Positions 47,934-56,400 of a DNA stretch of 64,000 bases are shown piece by piece. The translations under genes and the position numbers were made by a program. This DNA is from a virus. Its lineage: Duplodnaviria > Caudoviricetes. The stretch lies in the IMG/VR virus record IMGVR_UViG_3300020197_000017, positions 4,793-68,792 of that record, one strand, 5' to 3'. The notes under the pieces were generated by a model that ran no database searches, had not been told where the DNA came from, and saw only the letters and a list, made by a program, of their open reading frames with translations. The first letter of the stretch is position 1. Each line of letters opens with the position of its first letter.

Positions 47934-48773
47934 ATGTTCAAGACTGCCTCTGCTGTCTACGATACTTACGCTCTTGCCTACGAGAAGCTGGCTTATGGAA
48001 ACGAGGAGCACGCGCAGCTCGCAGACATCGCGGCGAAGTCAGTGGGTAGCGGCGCTCCGTCGCCAGCGGTCGCGTCTACGATCCAGCGCGGCGCCCTGAA
48101 GGTGGATAGCGGCATTCGTCATCCGTGGCTGCCACATACGGATCCCTTGCACTCCTTTCCCGGGTCGCAGACGCGATCGATGGTCGGCAAGAATGTCGCG
48201 CAGAAACAGGACTTGGCAGTGCACGATATCGCCAAGTCCATCGCCACCAAGGGAAGTCCCCTTTCCGGTGCGCGCGCACACCGCGGTTTGATGAACCTTG
48301 GAGAGGGGCACCACCAGCTGATGGACATCGGGGCACACATGGAACGTCCCGAGCGGGAGGGCCAGGTGACACGCCTGCGCGGTGTCATGAAGGGGAAGGA
48401 GCACGGATACGGGGGCGGACTTATTTCCGGGCGGGAGCACCATCTCTCCGGGATGAAGCTGAAAAGGGACGGACTGCACGCGGATCTCGATCGGCTGCGC
48501 CCCGAGTCCTCCGCGGTCGATCGCGCGGCCCTTGCGCGTTCGGAGCGCTTCGGTTCTTCGACTGCTAAGAAAGTGCAGGCCCGCCTGGTTTCGCACCACG
48601 GCATGTCACCACAGGCAGCGGCGGCGAACGCCGAGCATTTCTTCCAGCACATGCAGGCCCCGAGCCTCCCCAGCCGAATCGCTGGGGAGGCATCAAGGAC
48701 ATCCCGCTATCTTAGGGGAGAGGCCTCCCGCGCAGGTGGCGCGCTGCGCGCCGCGCTGCGCAGCCTCTACTGA
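47934..48773 (+). CDS. Putative Zn-dependent phospholipase C / S1-P1 nuclease-fold protein with cleavable leader
   Basis: After KLA: YGNEEH (compare WGxxGH); D...H; LGEGHHQLMDIGAH (compare LGxxxHxxxDxxxPxH). Confidence 0.5.
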   Translation: MFKTASAVYDTYALAYEKLAYGNEEHAQLADIAAKSVGSGAPSPAVASTIQRGALKVDSGIRHPWLPHTDPLHSFPGSQTRSMVGKNVAQKQDLAVHDIAKSIATKGSPLSGARAHRGLMNLGEGHHQLMDIGAHMERPEREGQVTRLRGVMKGKEHGYGGGLISGREHHLSGMKLKRDGLHADLDRLRPESSAVDRAALARSERFGSSTAKKVQARLVSHHGMSPQAAAANAEHFFQHMQAPSLPSRIAGEASRTSRYLRGEASRAGGALRAALRSLY

Positions 48774-48952
48774 TGAGGCGGCGGTCCCTCCTGATGAGGC
48801 GGCGGTCCCTCCTGATGAGGCGGCGGTCCCTCCTGATGAGGCGGCGGTCCCTCCTGATGAGGCGGCCGCCTCATAGCTCTCAAAACTGTTCTTATGGTCG
48901 AGATGGGTCCGGTCGTGAAGAACCACATCCACGTCATCAGGCTGTCCACCAT
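48767..48952 (-). CDS. Small protein (61 aa): hydrophobic N-terminus and PPPHQEG repeats
   Basis: AGGAGG 6 nt upstream of ATG, preceded by GGCTATAAGA. Confidence 0.6.
   Translation of the reverse strand: MVDSLMTWMWFFTTGPISTIRTVLRAMRRPPHQEGPPPHQEGPPPHQEGPPPHQEGPPPHQ
48770..48874. repeat. 21-bp tandem repeat (4 copies plus partial) ending in an 18-bp palindrome
   Basis: ctgatgaggcggcggtccctc x4, then ATGAGGCGGCCGCCTCAT (48857-48874). Confidence 0.95.
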
Positions 48953-49019
48953 TTCTACCTCCTGATTATCTTATAGCCGTGTTACGCCAGATATTGCTGC
49001 GGAGGTCGGACTCGCTCCC

Positions 49020-49415
49020 CTACCTGGGGGTGGCGAGCATCAAGACCGAGCTCTGGAAGCCACAGGCCACGCAGGCCCCGTCAGTCCAGTACGGCTCGAT
49101 GTAGAACCCGTCCGTGCACGAGGAGCACACCCACGCGTAGTCGGGCGATCGCTCCTCCAGATCTGCCAACAGCACGGGGCACCTGCCGCAGTTCACGTCC
49201 CCACACATCCCGCCGCGGTTGTACCGCCCCGGCGGCAGCCGCCGGCGCAGGTACTGCGTTGCGTGCTTCAGCTTCGGGCAGAAGACCAGCGTCTCTTCAC
49301 CTGCCTCACCAGGCAGTGTTGGATCTACCCGTAGTGCTGTCGGCGCCCGGCGTACTCGCGGACTCAGCTGATCGCGTAGTTCTCGCAGGGGTGACGCCTT
49401 GCGGCGCTCAGGCAT
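49020..49415 (-). CDS. Cys-rich Zn-binding hypothetical protein
   Basis: ATG 49415 with GGAG; C-x4-C-x2-C, CSSC, CVAC. Confidence 0.6.
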   Translation of the reverse strand: MPERRKASPLRELRDQLSPRVRRAPTALRVDPTLPGEAGEETLVFCPKLKHATQYLRRRLPPGRYNRGGMCGDVNCGRCPVLLADLEERSPDYAWVCSSCTDGFYIEPYWTDGACVACGFQSSVLMLATPR

Positions 49416-49530
49416 ACCTACTCCGTCTCTTCCTTCCAATCCGCGGCAACAGCCCGGCCCCGTACTCCGCGAGGCCGGTGGCCACCCCGCTGATGAAGGC
49501 GAACAGGAGCATCCACTCGAGCGTGCTCAT
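49408..49530 (-). CDS. 40-aa single-pass membrane peptide (below the ORF-track cutoff)
   Basis: MSTLEWMLLFAFISGVATGLAEYGAGLLPRIGRKRRSRYA; AGGAGG 9 nt upstream; stop overlaps the next start. Confidence 0.6.
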   Translation of the reverse strand: MSTLEWMLLFAFISGVATGLAEYGAGLLPRIGRKRRSRYA

Positions 49531-49720
49531 CTACGACATCCTCCTGGGCCATCGGCCCCGATACCATCTGGTGTACCAAACTCGCGAACTCTGACAGGGT
49601 GGACCGGTGCGCCCCCGCCGTCTTGTCATGCAGCGCGCGCTTCCGGGGCGTGGTAGAACTTTGAGTCACAGGCTACCTCCGTCATGGCTCTTATGGCCAG
49701 TAGTGGAGCGCTCTTCACAG

Positions 49721-52700
49721 ATGCCGAACCTTAACCCAGAAGCCGCTTTCGAGAGTCTCAAGGAGCGCGCCGCCGAGGCGATCCGCGCGCAGTTCCCGTT
49801 CGAGGGGGCGCGGCGGCGGCTGGAGCTGGCTGAGATCGTCTTCGACGACCGCGCGGCCATCTCCTCCGACATCCATCACGTCGACAACCTTGAGGAGCAG
49901 TTCCGCGCGCGGACGACCGGTATGACCTGGGGCGTGCCGGTCCGGGCACGACTGCGTCTCGTTGACAAGACGAGCGGTGCCCTCGTGGAGGAGAAGCTCG
50001 TCACGCTCGCACGCCTCCCGAAGATGACGCGCCGGTACTCCTACATCATCGAGGGGCAGGAGCGACAGCACGACAGCGTCTTCCGCTCGAAGCCCCGCCC
50101 CTACCACCGCATTGCGGGCAACGGCGACCTCCAGGGGCGCTGGAACCTGGCGCGCGGCCGCGGGTTCGACATCGGCTACGAACCCAAGGCCGGCAAGATG
50201 ACATTCTCGGTGGGGACCTCGAACCTGCCGCTCTACTCCGTGCTTCGCACACTCGGTGTCACGGATGCGGAGATCGAGCACGCCTGGGGGAACGCCGTCT
50301 ACGCCGCCAACACGAAGGCGGTCCACCTCGACAAGGACGTGGACAAGCTCTTCGCAGCGCTCGGGCTGCGCCTCGAGGACCGGTCGCACGGGACGCCGCA
50401 GGCGCGTGCCCAGCGCGTCCGCGAGTACTTCGACAGGGAGACCGAGGTCTGGCCAGACGCGATGAAGTCGGCGTTCGGCAGGGAGTCCTCCAACGTCAAC
50501 GGCGAGAACCTCCTCGCATCCTCGCGCCGGCTCCTGGACATCCAGAAGGGACGCACGAAGGAAGACCCGCCGCCGTCCGAGCTCCCCGATGATCGACAGG
50601 CGCTGTCGGCCAAGTACCTGACCACGACCGAGGACTTCGTCGTGGAGGCCATCCGCCATCACGAGACGCTGCTGCGGCGCCAGGTGCGCGACCGGATCGA
50701 CAAGCCCGAGTACGGCATCGACCAGATCATGTCGCCGAACACCTACAACAAGGTCGTCCTGGCACCGTTCGCCCACGCGCAGCGGCCCGACCAGACCAAC
50801 CCGCTCCAGTTCCTCTCGGGGCACATGCGGACGACGATCCGCGGCAAGGACTTTGGCGGCGTCGGCAGTGACAAGATCAACCTCGACCCCGACAAGGAAC
50901 TGAACCCCACGCACCTTGGGTTCATCGATCCGATCCAGACCCCAGAGGGAGAGGACACCGGGATCGCGCTGAACCTGCCCCTGGGGATCCACATGTCGCG
51001 TGCCGACGTGCGCGAGGGCTCGAAGAGCAAGACGTCTTCCGGCCAGGACCTACGCACAAAGGTCTTCGACACGAAGACGGGGAAGATGATCTTGGCCTCG
51101 CCGGCGGACCTCGAGCACGCCATCGTGGCCTACCCGGACCAGGTGCGCTGGGTGCGGGGCATGCCCGAGCCGGTGTCGAACGAGGTCGTCTGCTACGACG
51201 AGGAGCGTCGCACGTCGAAGCGTCCCTGGGCGAAGGTCCGGTACGTGCTCCCGTCGTCGAAGGCCCTGCTCTCCTTCAGTGCGAACCTCATCCCGTTCCT
51301 CCAGAACGACAACGGCAACCGCGCCATGATGGCTGCCAAGCAGCAGGAGCAGGCGCTCGCACTGGTGCACCGGGAAGCTCCGCTCGTGCAGGTGAAGACG
51401 GACGGCGCCCAGACCTTCGAGCAGGTTGTGGGCTCCTTCGTCTCGCACACGTCGCCCGTGGCCGGCGTGGTCAGGAAGGTGGAGCCGGGCGCCATCCATG
51501 TCCAGACGCCCACGGGCTCCGTGGCGGTCCCGGTCTACAACCACTTCCCGCTGAACGGGGGGAAGAACTCGCTCCACGCTGCACCGCTCGTGAAGGCGGG
51601 CGACACCGTACAGAAGGGCACGCTGCTCGCGGACACGAACTACACGAAGGGCGGCGCGCTCGCGATGGGGGCCAATCTGCGGGTGGCCTACATCCCGTGG
51701 AAGGGTCTGACCTTCGAGGACGGGATCGTCGTGTCCGAGTCCGCCGCGCAGAAGATGGCGTCGGACCACCTGCACGTCTCGGAGATCACGGTCTACGCGA
51801 GCATGCTCGGCGGCACCGGCGGGTCGAAGGCGCGCTGGGCGGACTACGCGACCCCTGCCGCGGCTTCGCCGGAGCACCTGGCCAAGCTCGACGACCGCGG
51901 GATCGTGAAGGAGGGGACGCCTGTACACACCGGCGACATCCTCGTGGCCGTCCTCAGCCCGAAGCAGATGAGCGAGGACGACAAGATCGCTGCGCGCATC
52001 CACAAGTCCCTCGCGAAGCCCTACAAGGACGTGTCGCTCCTGTGGGACCACCCGTACTCCGGGACCGTAGTCAAGATCATCGTCAACGAGACTCTGAACC
52101 GGCGCCAGATCGCGGTCCACGTGAAGACGTCCAAGCCGCTCGAGATCGGTGACAAGATGGCGGGGCGGCACGGCAACAAGGGCATCATCAGCCGCATCGT
52201 CCCCGACTCCCAGATGCCCCACACGAAGGACGGGCAGCACGTCGAGGTCCTCCTGAACCCCGCGGGCGTGCCCAGCCGTATGAACGTGGGGCAGGTGCTC
52301 GAGACGGCCGCGTCGAAGATCGCGGACAAGACCGGCAAGCCCTACGTCGTGGAGAACTTCGTGCCCGGCGTCGACTACGCCGCGCAGGTCAAGCGGGATC
52401 TGGCACGGTACGGGCTCTCCGATACGGAAGAGCTCATCGACCCGGAGACCGGACGCTCGGTCGGGCAGGTGATGGTCGGCAAGCAGTACATGATGCAGCT
52501 GCATCACCAGGTCGAGAAGAAGATGACCGGTCGGTCCTTCGCGACCGGCTACACGCACTCCGGGGAGGCCCCGAAGGGCTCCGGCGTCCCTGGCGGCGGG
52601 CAGAAGATGGACATGCTCACGACGTACGCGATGCTCGCGCACGGTGCGAACCAGAACCTCCGGGAGGCCTACACCTTCAAGAGCGACGGGGACCAGCACG

Positions 52701-55700
52701 CCGCCTGGGCCGCCGTGATCTCCGGGAGTCCGCTCCCGCCGCCGCAGCCCTCGCGTGGGATGACCAACTTCCAGCACTACCTACGCGCCATGGGGGTGAA
52801 CACCGAGAAGCGTGGCGACGAGTACGTCATGATGCCGATGACGGACGCGCACCTGCTGGGCGACACGAAGCGCGGCATCCACGGCATCTCGAACGGAGAG
52901 ATCCGGCTCCCGGAGAAGCAGACCGTCGCTCGCGGGGCGCGGACCGTCGAAGAGTCGGGCGGCCTGTTCGACCCGCGCGTCACGGGCGGCCTCCAGGGCA
53001 AGTTCTGGAGCCACGTGACGCTCGCCGAGCGCATGCCGAACCCCATCTTCGAGGGGGCCATCCAGAACCTGACGGGCCTGACGAAGAAGGAATACGACAT
53101 GCTCACCAGCGAGAAGGGGCTGGTCGGCGGGAAGTCAGGGTTCCACATCATCAACGCGCGGCTGTCCGCCATCGACGTGGACAAGGAACTGAAGGCGGAG
53201 CAGGCGAAGCTGGCCACGGCGAGCAGGACCGATCTGAACCGCGGGCTCAAGAAGATCCGGTACCTCGAGGCCCTCAAGGCGCACGACATGTCGCCCCTCG
53301 AGGCCTACACGAACCAGCACCTGCCCGTGCTGCCGCCCGCGGTGCGTCGCGTGTCCATCGGGCTCGACGGCAAGCAAGTGACCGACGACCGGAATCCCTT
53401 GTACCTGAACGTCGGGTACAACAACGGCATCCTCAAGAACCTCGACAAGTCGTCGACGCACGCCGGGGCCCAGAAGGCACGCGCTGAGCTCTACAACAGC
53501 ATCAGGGCGCTCCGTGTCGAGGGCATGACCTCTCCCGCAGGCACCGGCAAGCCGCGGCACATGCAGGGGCTCATGGAGCTCCTCTCCGGGAAGACGGAGG
53601 ATCGCGGGGCTCCGAAGGAGAGCTTCTTCCAGGAGGGTGTGCTTGCGCGGCGCCAGGATCTCTCCGGACGCTCGACGATCGTCCCTGAGCCGACGCTTGG
53701 GCTCGACGAGGTCGGAGTCCCGCGCCCGATCCTTATGGAGATGTACAAGCCCTTCGTGATCCGCGAGCTCGTGCGGGGCGGGAAGACGCACATCGACGCG
53801 CTCAAGTGGGCCACCGAGAAGCGGGACCACCCTCAGGTCCTCGCGGCACTCGAGCGCGCCGTCGCGGACCACCCGGTGTTCCTCAAGCGCGACCCCGGCC
53901 TGCACAAGTTCAGCATCATGGCGTTCAACCCGAAGATCGTGGACGGCAGCGCCATCAAGATCCACCCACTGGTGACCAAGGGCTTCAACGCGGACTTCGA
54001 CGGCGACACGATGGCCCTCTACGTGCCCGTCTCTCCGCAGGCGGTCGACGAGGCCCGGAAGGTCCTCCCTTCCAAGAACCTGTTCTCGCCCACTACCTAT
54101 GGACTCATGACGGTGCCCGATCAGGACTCCCTGCTTGGGCTCTTCCAGTCTACCAAGTGGGGCGAAGAGGCGAAGACCCCCGCCGGTCTCACGGCCGAGC
54201 GGGCCGTCCAGATGATGCACGACGGGAAGCTGAAGCCGTCGGACGTGATCACGGTCGATGGGAAGAAGACGACTCCCGGTCGACTGGCCTTGGCCGCGCA
54301 CCTTCCCGGCGAGATGGCGAAGCATGAGCAGCTCCTGCACGACCCCGCGTTCCGCCTCGACTCGGGGCGGCTGAAGGCGCTACTCACGCGCGTTGGCAAG
54401 GAGCACGAGCAGGCCTTCCCGCACGTCGTCGATGCGTGGAAGGACCTGGGCAACACCATGTCGTTCAAGAACGGGAGCTCCTTCTCGATCGACGACTTCC
54501 ACGACGGCGCGGCGTTCCGCGACCAGGTCCTGAAGAAGTACCGGGAGCAGGAGAAGAAGCTGCACGCCACGCCGATGTCGAGCCGGAAGCGTGACCAGGA
54601 GATCGTCAAGCTCTACCAGGACGCACAGGCCGAGCTGAAGCAGCTCGGGGTGGTCCGCTACAACCAGGGTGACAACCGCGTGTGGGAGTGGGCGCAGGCC
54701 GGTGCGCGCGGCAACTGGGGGCAGTTCTCGCAGCTGACCGTCGCCCCCATCCTCGTCGACGACCTGATGAAGCGTCCCGTGCCGGTCCCCATCACCAAGT
54801 CCTTCGGTGAGGGACTGTCTGTCTCCGAGTACTGGGCGTCGATGCACGGTGCTCGCAAGGGCACCATCGACCGCGCGCAGGGCACCAAGGAGCCTGGTGC
54901 CGTGACGAAGGACATCGTGAACACCACGATGGGCATCCAGATCACGGGCGAAGATTGCGGGGCCACGGCCGGCAAGACGGTCAGCGTGGGCGCAGTGGAC
55001 CTGGTCGACCGCTTCCTCGCCACCGACGTCAAGCTCCCGGACGGCCATGCCATCCCCGCGGGCACTCTCGTGACGCCGGCGCTGGTCTCTCAGCTGCGGA
55101 ACGCTGGTGTGCAGGAGGTAGTGGCGCGCTCCCCGCTGTTCTGCCGGATGCCGCGCGGCATCTGTGCGAAGTGCTATGGGCACTCGGAGCGCGGGGCCCT
55201 GCACGCCGTCGGGACGAACATCGGGGTCATCGCAGGCCAGGCGCTCGGTGAGCCGATCACCCAGCTCACGATGAAGACCTTCCACACGGGAGGCGTCTCG
55301 GGGGCAAAGACCGCTGTCGACTCCTTCAAGCGCGTGAAGCAGCTGTTCATGCTGCCGGACAAGCTCCCGGACCGCGCCACCCTGGCCACGGTCGGAGGCG
55401 TGGTCGAGAAGATCTCCACGGACGCCCTCGGCGGATTCACCGTGGTCATTGAAGGCAAGCCCCACCGCGTGGTGACCGGGCACCTGCTCGAGCATGTGAA
55501 GGTCGGCGCTCGCGTCCATCGCGGCGATGCGCTCTCCACGGGCCCCACGGATCCACACGAGCTGCTGCACCACACGAAGAGCATCGGGCGCGTCCGGAAC
55601 TACATCACGGACGAGGTGGCCACAGCCTACCAGGGGATGGTGCGGCAGCGGAACATCGAGACCGTCGTGCGGGGGATGACGAACCTCGCCGAGATCCACG

Positions 55701-56038
55701 ATGCCCCGCACGCCAGCCCGTTCCGTCGCGGCGAGGTCGTGCCGCTGTCTGCCGTCGAGGCGCACAACGCGGAGGCCGAAGCCGAAGGGCACGAGACGGT
55801 CTCGCACGCACCGGTGCTCCGCGCCATGACCCAGGTCCCGCTCAGCGGCACCGAGGACTGGATGGCGCGCCTCAACTACCAGCGCCTGAAGGACACCTAC
55901 ACCGAGGGTGCCGCCCAGGGCTGGAAGTCCAACATCCACGAGCACCCGATCCCGGGGCTCGCGCACGGAGCGGAGTTCGGAACACGCCCGCCGCGTGCTA
56001 TCTCTGCACCCTCACCCGCCGCTGGAGTACGTCGATGA
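49721..56038 (+). CDS. rpoBC: Phage-encoded single-chain fused beta-beta' DNA-directed RNA polymerase (~2105 aa)
   Basis: beta motifs QTPEG, LIPFLQND..NRAMM, GDKMAGRHGNKG, LNPAGVPSRMNVGQ, GGQK; beta' motifs GLFDP, SGRSTI, R.P.LH, FNADFDGD, HGARKG, CAKCYG, GEPITQLTMKTFHTGG, all in one frame. Confidence 0.95.
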   Translation: MPNLNPEAAFESLKERAAEAIRAQFPFEGARRRLELAEIVFDDRAAISSDIHHVDNLEEQFRARTTGMTWGVPVRARLRLVDKTSGALVEEKLVTLARLPKMTRRYSYIIEGQERQHDSVFRSKPRPYHRIAGNGDLQGRWNLARGRGFDIGYEPKAGKMTFSVGTSNLPLYSVLRTLGVTDAEIEHAWGNAVYAANTKAVHLDKDVDKLFAALGLRLEDRSHGTPQARAQRVREYFDRETEVWPDAMKSAFGRESSNVNGENLLASSRRLLDIQKGRTKEDPPPSELPDDRQALSAKYLTTTEDFVVEAIRHHETLLRRQVRDRIDKPEYGIDQIMSPNTYNKVVLAPFAHAQRPDQTNPLQFLSGHMRTTIRGKDFGGVGSDKINLDPDKELNPTHLGFIDPIQTPEGEDTGIALNLPLGIHMSRADVREGSKSKTSSGQDLRTKVFDTKTGKMILASPADLEHAIVAYPDQVRWVRGMPEPVSNEVVCYDEERRTSKRPWAKVRYVLPSSKALLSFSANLIPFLQNDNGNRAMMAAKQQEQALALVHREAPLVQVKTDGAQTFEQVVGSFVSHTSPVAGVVRKVEPGAIHVQTPTGSVAVPVYNHFPLNGGKNSLHAAPLVKAGDTVQKGTLLADTNYTKGGALAMGANLRVAYIPWKGLTFEDGIVVSESAAQKMASDHLHVSEITVYASMLGGTGGSKARWADYATPAAASPEHLAKLDDRGIVKEGTPVHTGDILVAVLSPKQMSEDDKIAARIHKSLAKPYKDVSLLWDHPYSGTVVKIIVNETLNRRQIAVHVKTSKPLEIGDKMAGRHGNKGIISRIVPDSQMPHTKDGQHVEVLLNPAGVPSRMNVGQVLETAASKIADKTGKPYVVENFVPGVDYAAQVKRDLARYGLSDTEELIDPETGRSVGQVMVGKQYMMQLHHQVEKKMTGRSFATGYTHSGEAPKGSGVPGGGQKMDMLTTYAMLAHGANQNLREAYTFKSDGDQHAAWAAVISGSPLPPPQPSRGMTNFQHYLRAMGVNTEKRGDEYVMMPMTDAHLLGDTKRGIHGISNGEIRLPEKQTVARGARTVEESGGLFDPRVTGGLQGKFWSHVTLAERMPNPIFEGAIQNLTGLTKKEYDMLTSEKGLVGGKSGFHIINARLSAIDVDKELKAEQAKLATASRTDLNRGLKKIRYLEALKAHDMSPLEAYTNQHLPVLPPAVRRVSIGLDGKQVTDDRNPLYLNVGYNNGILKNLDKSSTHAGAQKARAELYNSIRALRVEGMTSPAGTGKPRHMQGLMELLSGKTEDRGAPKESFFQEGVLARRQDLSGRSTIVPEPTLGLDEVGVPRPILMEMYKPFVIRELVRGGKTHIDALKWATEKRDHPQVLAALERAVADHPVFLKRDPGLHKFSIMAFNPKIVDGSAIKIHPLVTKGFNADFDGDTMALYVPVSPQAVDEARKVLPSKNLFSPTTYGLMTVPDQDSLLGLFQSTKWGEEAKTPAGLTAERAVQMMHDGKLKPSDVITVDGKKTTPGRLALAAHLPGEMAKHEQLLHDPAFRLDSGRLKALLTRVGKEHEQAFPHVVDAWKDLGNTMSFKNGSSFSIDDFHDGAAFRDQVLKKYREQEKKLHATPMSSRKRDQEIVKLYQDAQAELKQLGVVRYNQGDNRVWEWAQAGARGNWGQFSQLTVAPILVDDLMKRPVPVPITKSFGEGLSVSEYWASMHGARKGTIDRAQGTKEPGAVTKDIVNTTMGIQITGEDCGATAGKTVSVGAVDLVDRFLATDVKLPDGHAIPAGTLVTPALVSQLRNAGVQEVVARSPLFCRMPRGICAKCYGHSERGALHAVGTNIGVIAGQALGEPITQLTMKTFHTGGVSGAKTAVDSFKRVKQLFMLPDKLPDRATLATVGGVVEKISTDALGGFTVVIEGKPHRVVTGHLLEHVKVGARVHRGDALSTGPTDPHELLHHTKSIGRVRNYITDEVATAYQGMVRQRNIETVVRGMTNLAEIHDAPHASPFRRGEVVPLSAVEAHNAEAEAEGHETVSHAPVLRAMTQVPLSGTEDWMARLNYQRLKDTYTEGAAQGWKSNIHEHPIPGLAHGAEFGTRPPRAISAPSPAAGVRR

Positions 56039-56394
56039 ACAAGGTCGCCCACGTCTACGAGATCTACAAGGAAGCGGGTTTCGACAAGGAGGCCATCAGC
56101 TTCGCGCCCGTCGGCGAGGCCGTCACCAGCGGTGCAAAGTGGGTGGGACACCAGGTTGGGCGCCTCGGCGGTGCGATGCAGCGCACGGCGTACCAGGCGA
56201 GCCAGGGGGTTCCTACGCGGGGCACGACGTGGCTCCACGAAGCGGGCCAGGGCGTGCGCAACCTCGGCAGGGGCATCGCGGCGAACCCCGGCACGGCCGC
56301 GGGCGTCGCGGGGCTCGCTGGCGCCGGCATGATCGGTGCCGGAGGCGCGGGCGTCCTCGCCGGCCGCATGACCGCACCGCGGCGCCAGCAGTAG
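56035..56394 (+). CDS. Small Gly/Ala-rich protein with shared leader and C-terminal hydrophobic anchor
   Basis: MNKVAHVYEIYKEAGFDKEA; AAGVAGLAGAGMIGAGGAGVLAGR...RR; ATGA-coupled to RNAP. Confidence 0.75.
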   Translation: MNKVAHVYEIYKEAGFDKEAISFAPVGEAVTSGAKWVGHQVGRLGGAMQRTAYQASQGVPTRGTTWLHEAGQGVRNLGRGIAANPGTAAGVAGLAGAGMIGAGGAGVLAGRMTAPRRQQ

Positions 56395-56400
56395 GCCTGC

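Noticed and set aside
48770-48874. CRISPR array or hammerhead ribozyme (CTGATGAG core)
   Set aside because: Units are contiguous with no spacers; no stem II followed by GAAA after CUGAUGA
49721-56038. Host chromosomal rpoB-rpoC
   Set aside because: No ribosomal protein neighbours, reduced length, flanked by phage structural genes
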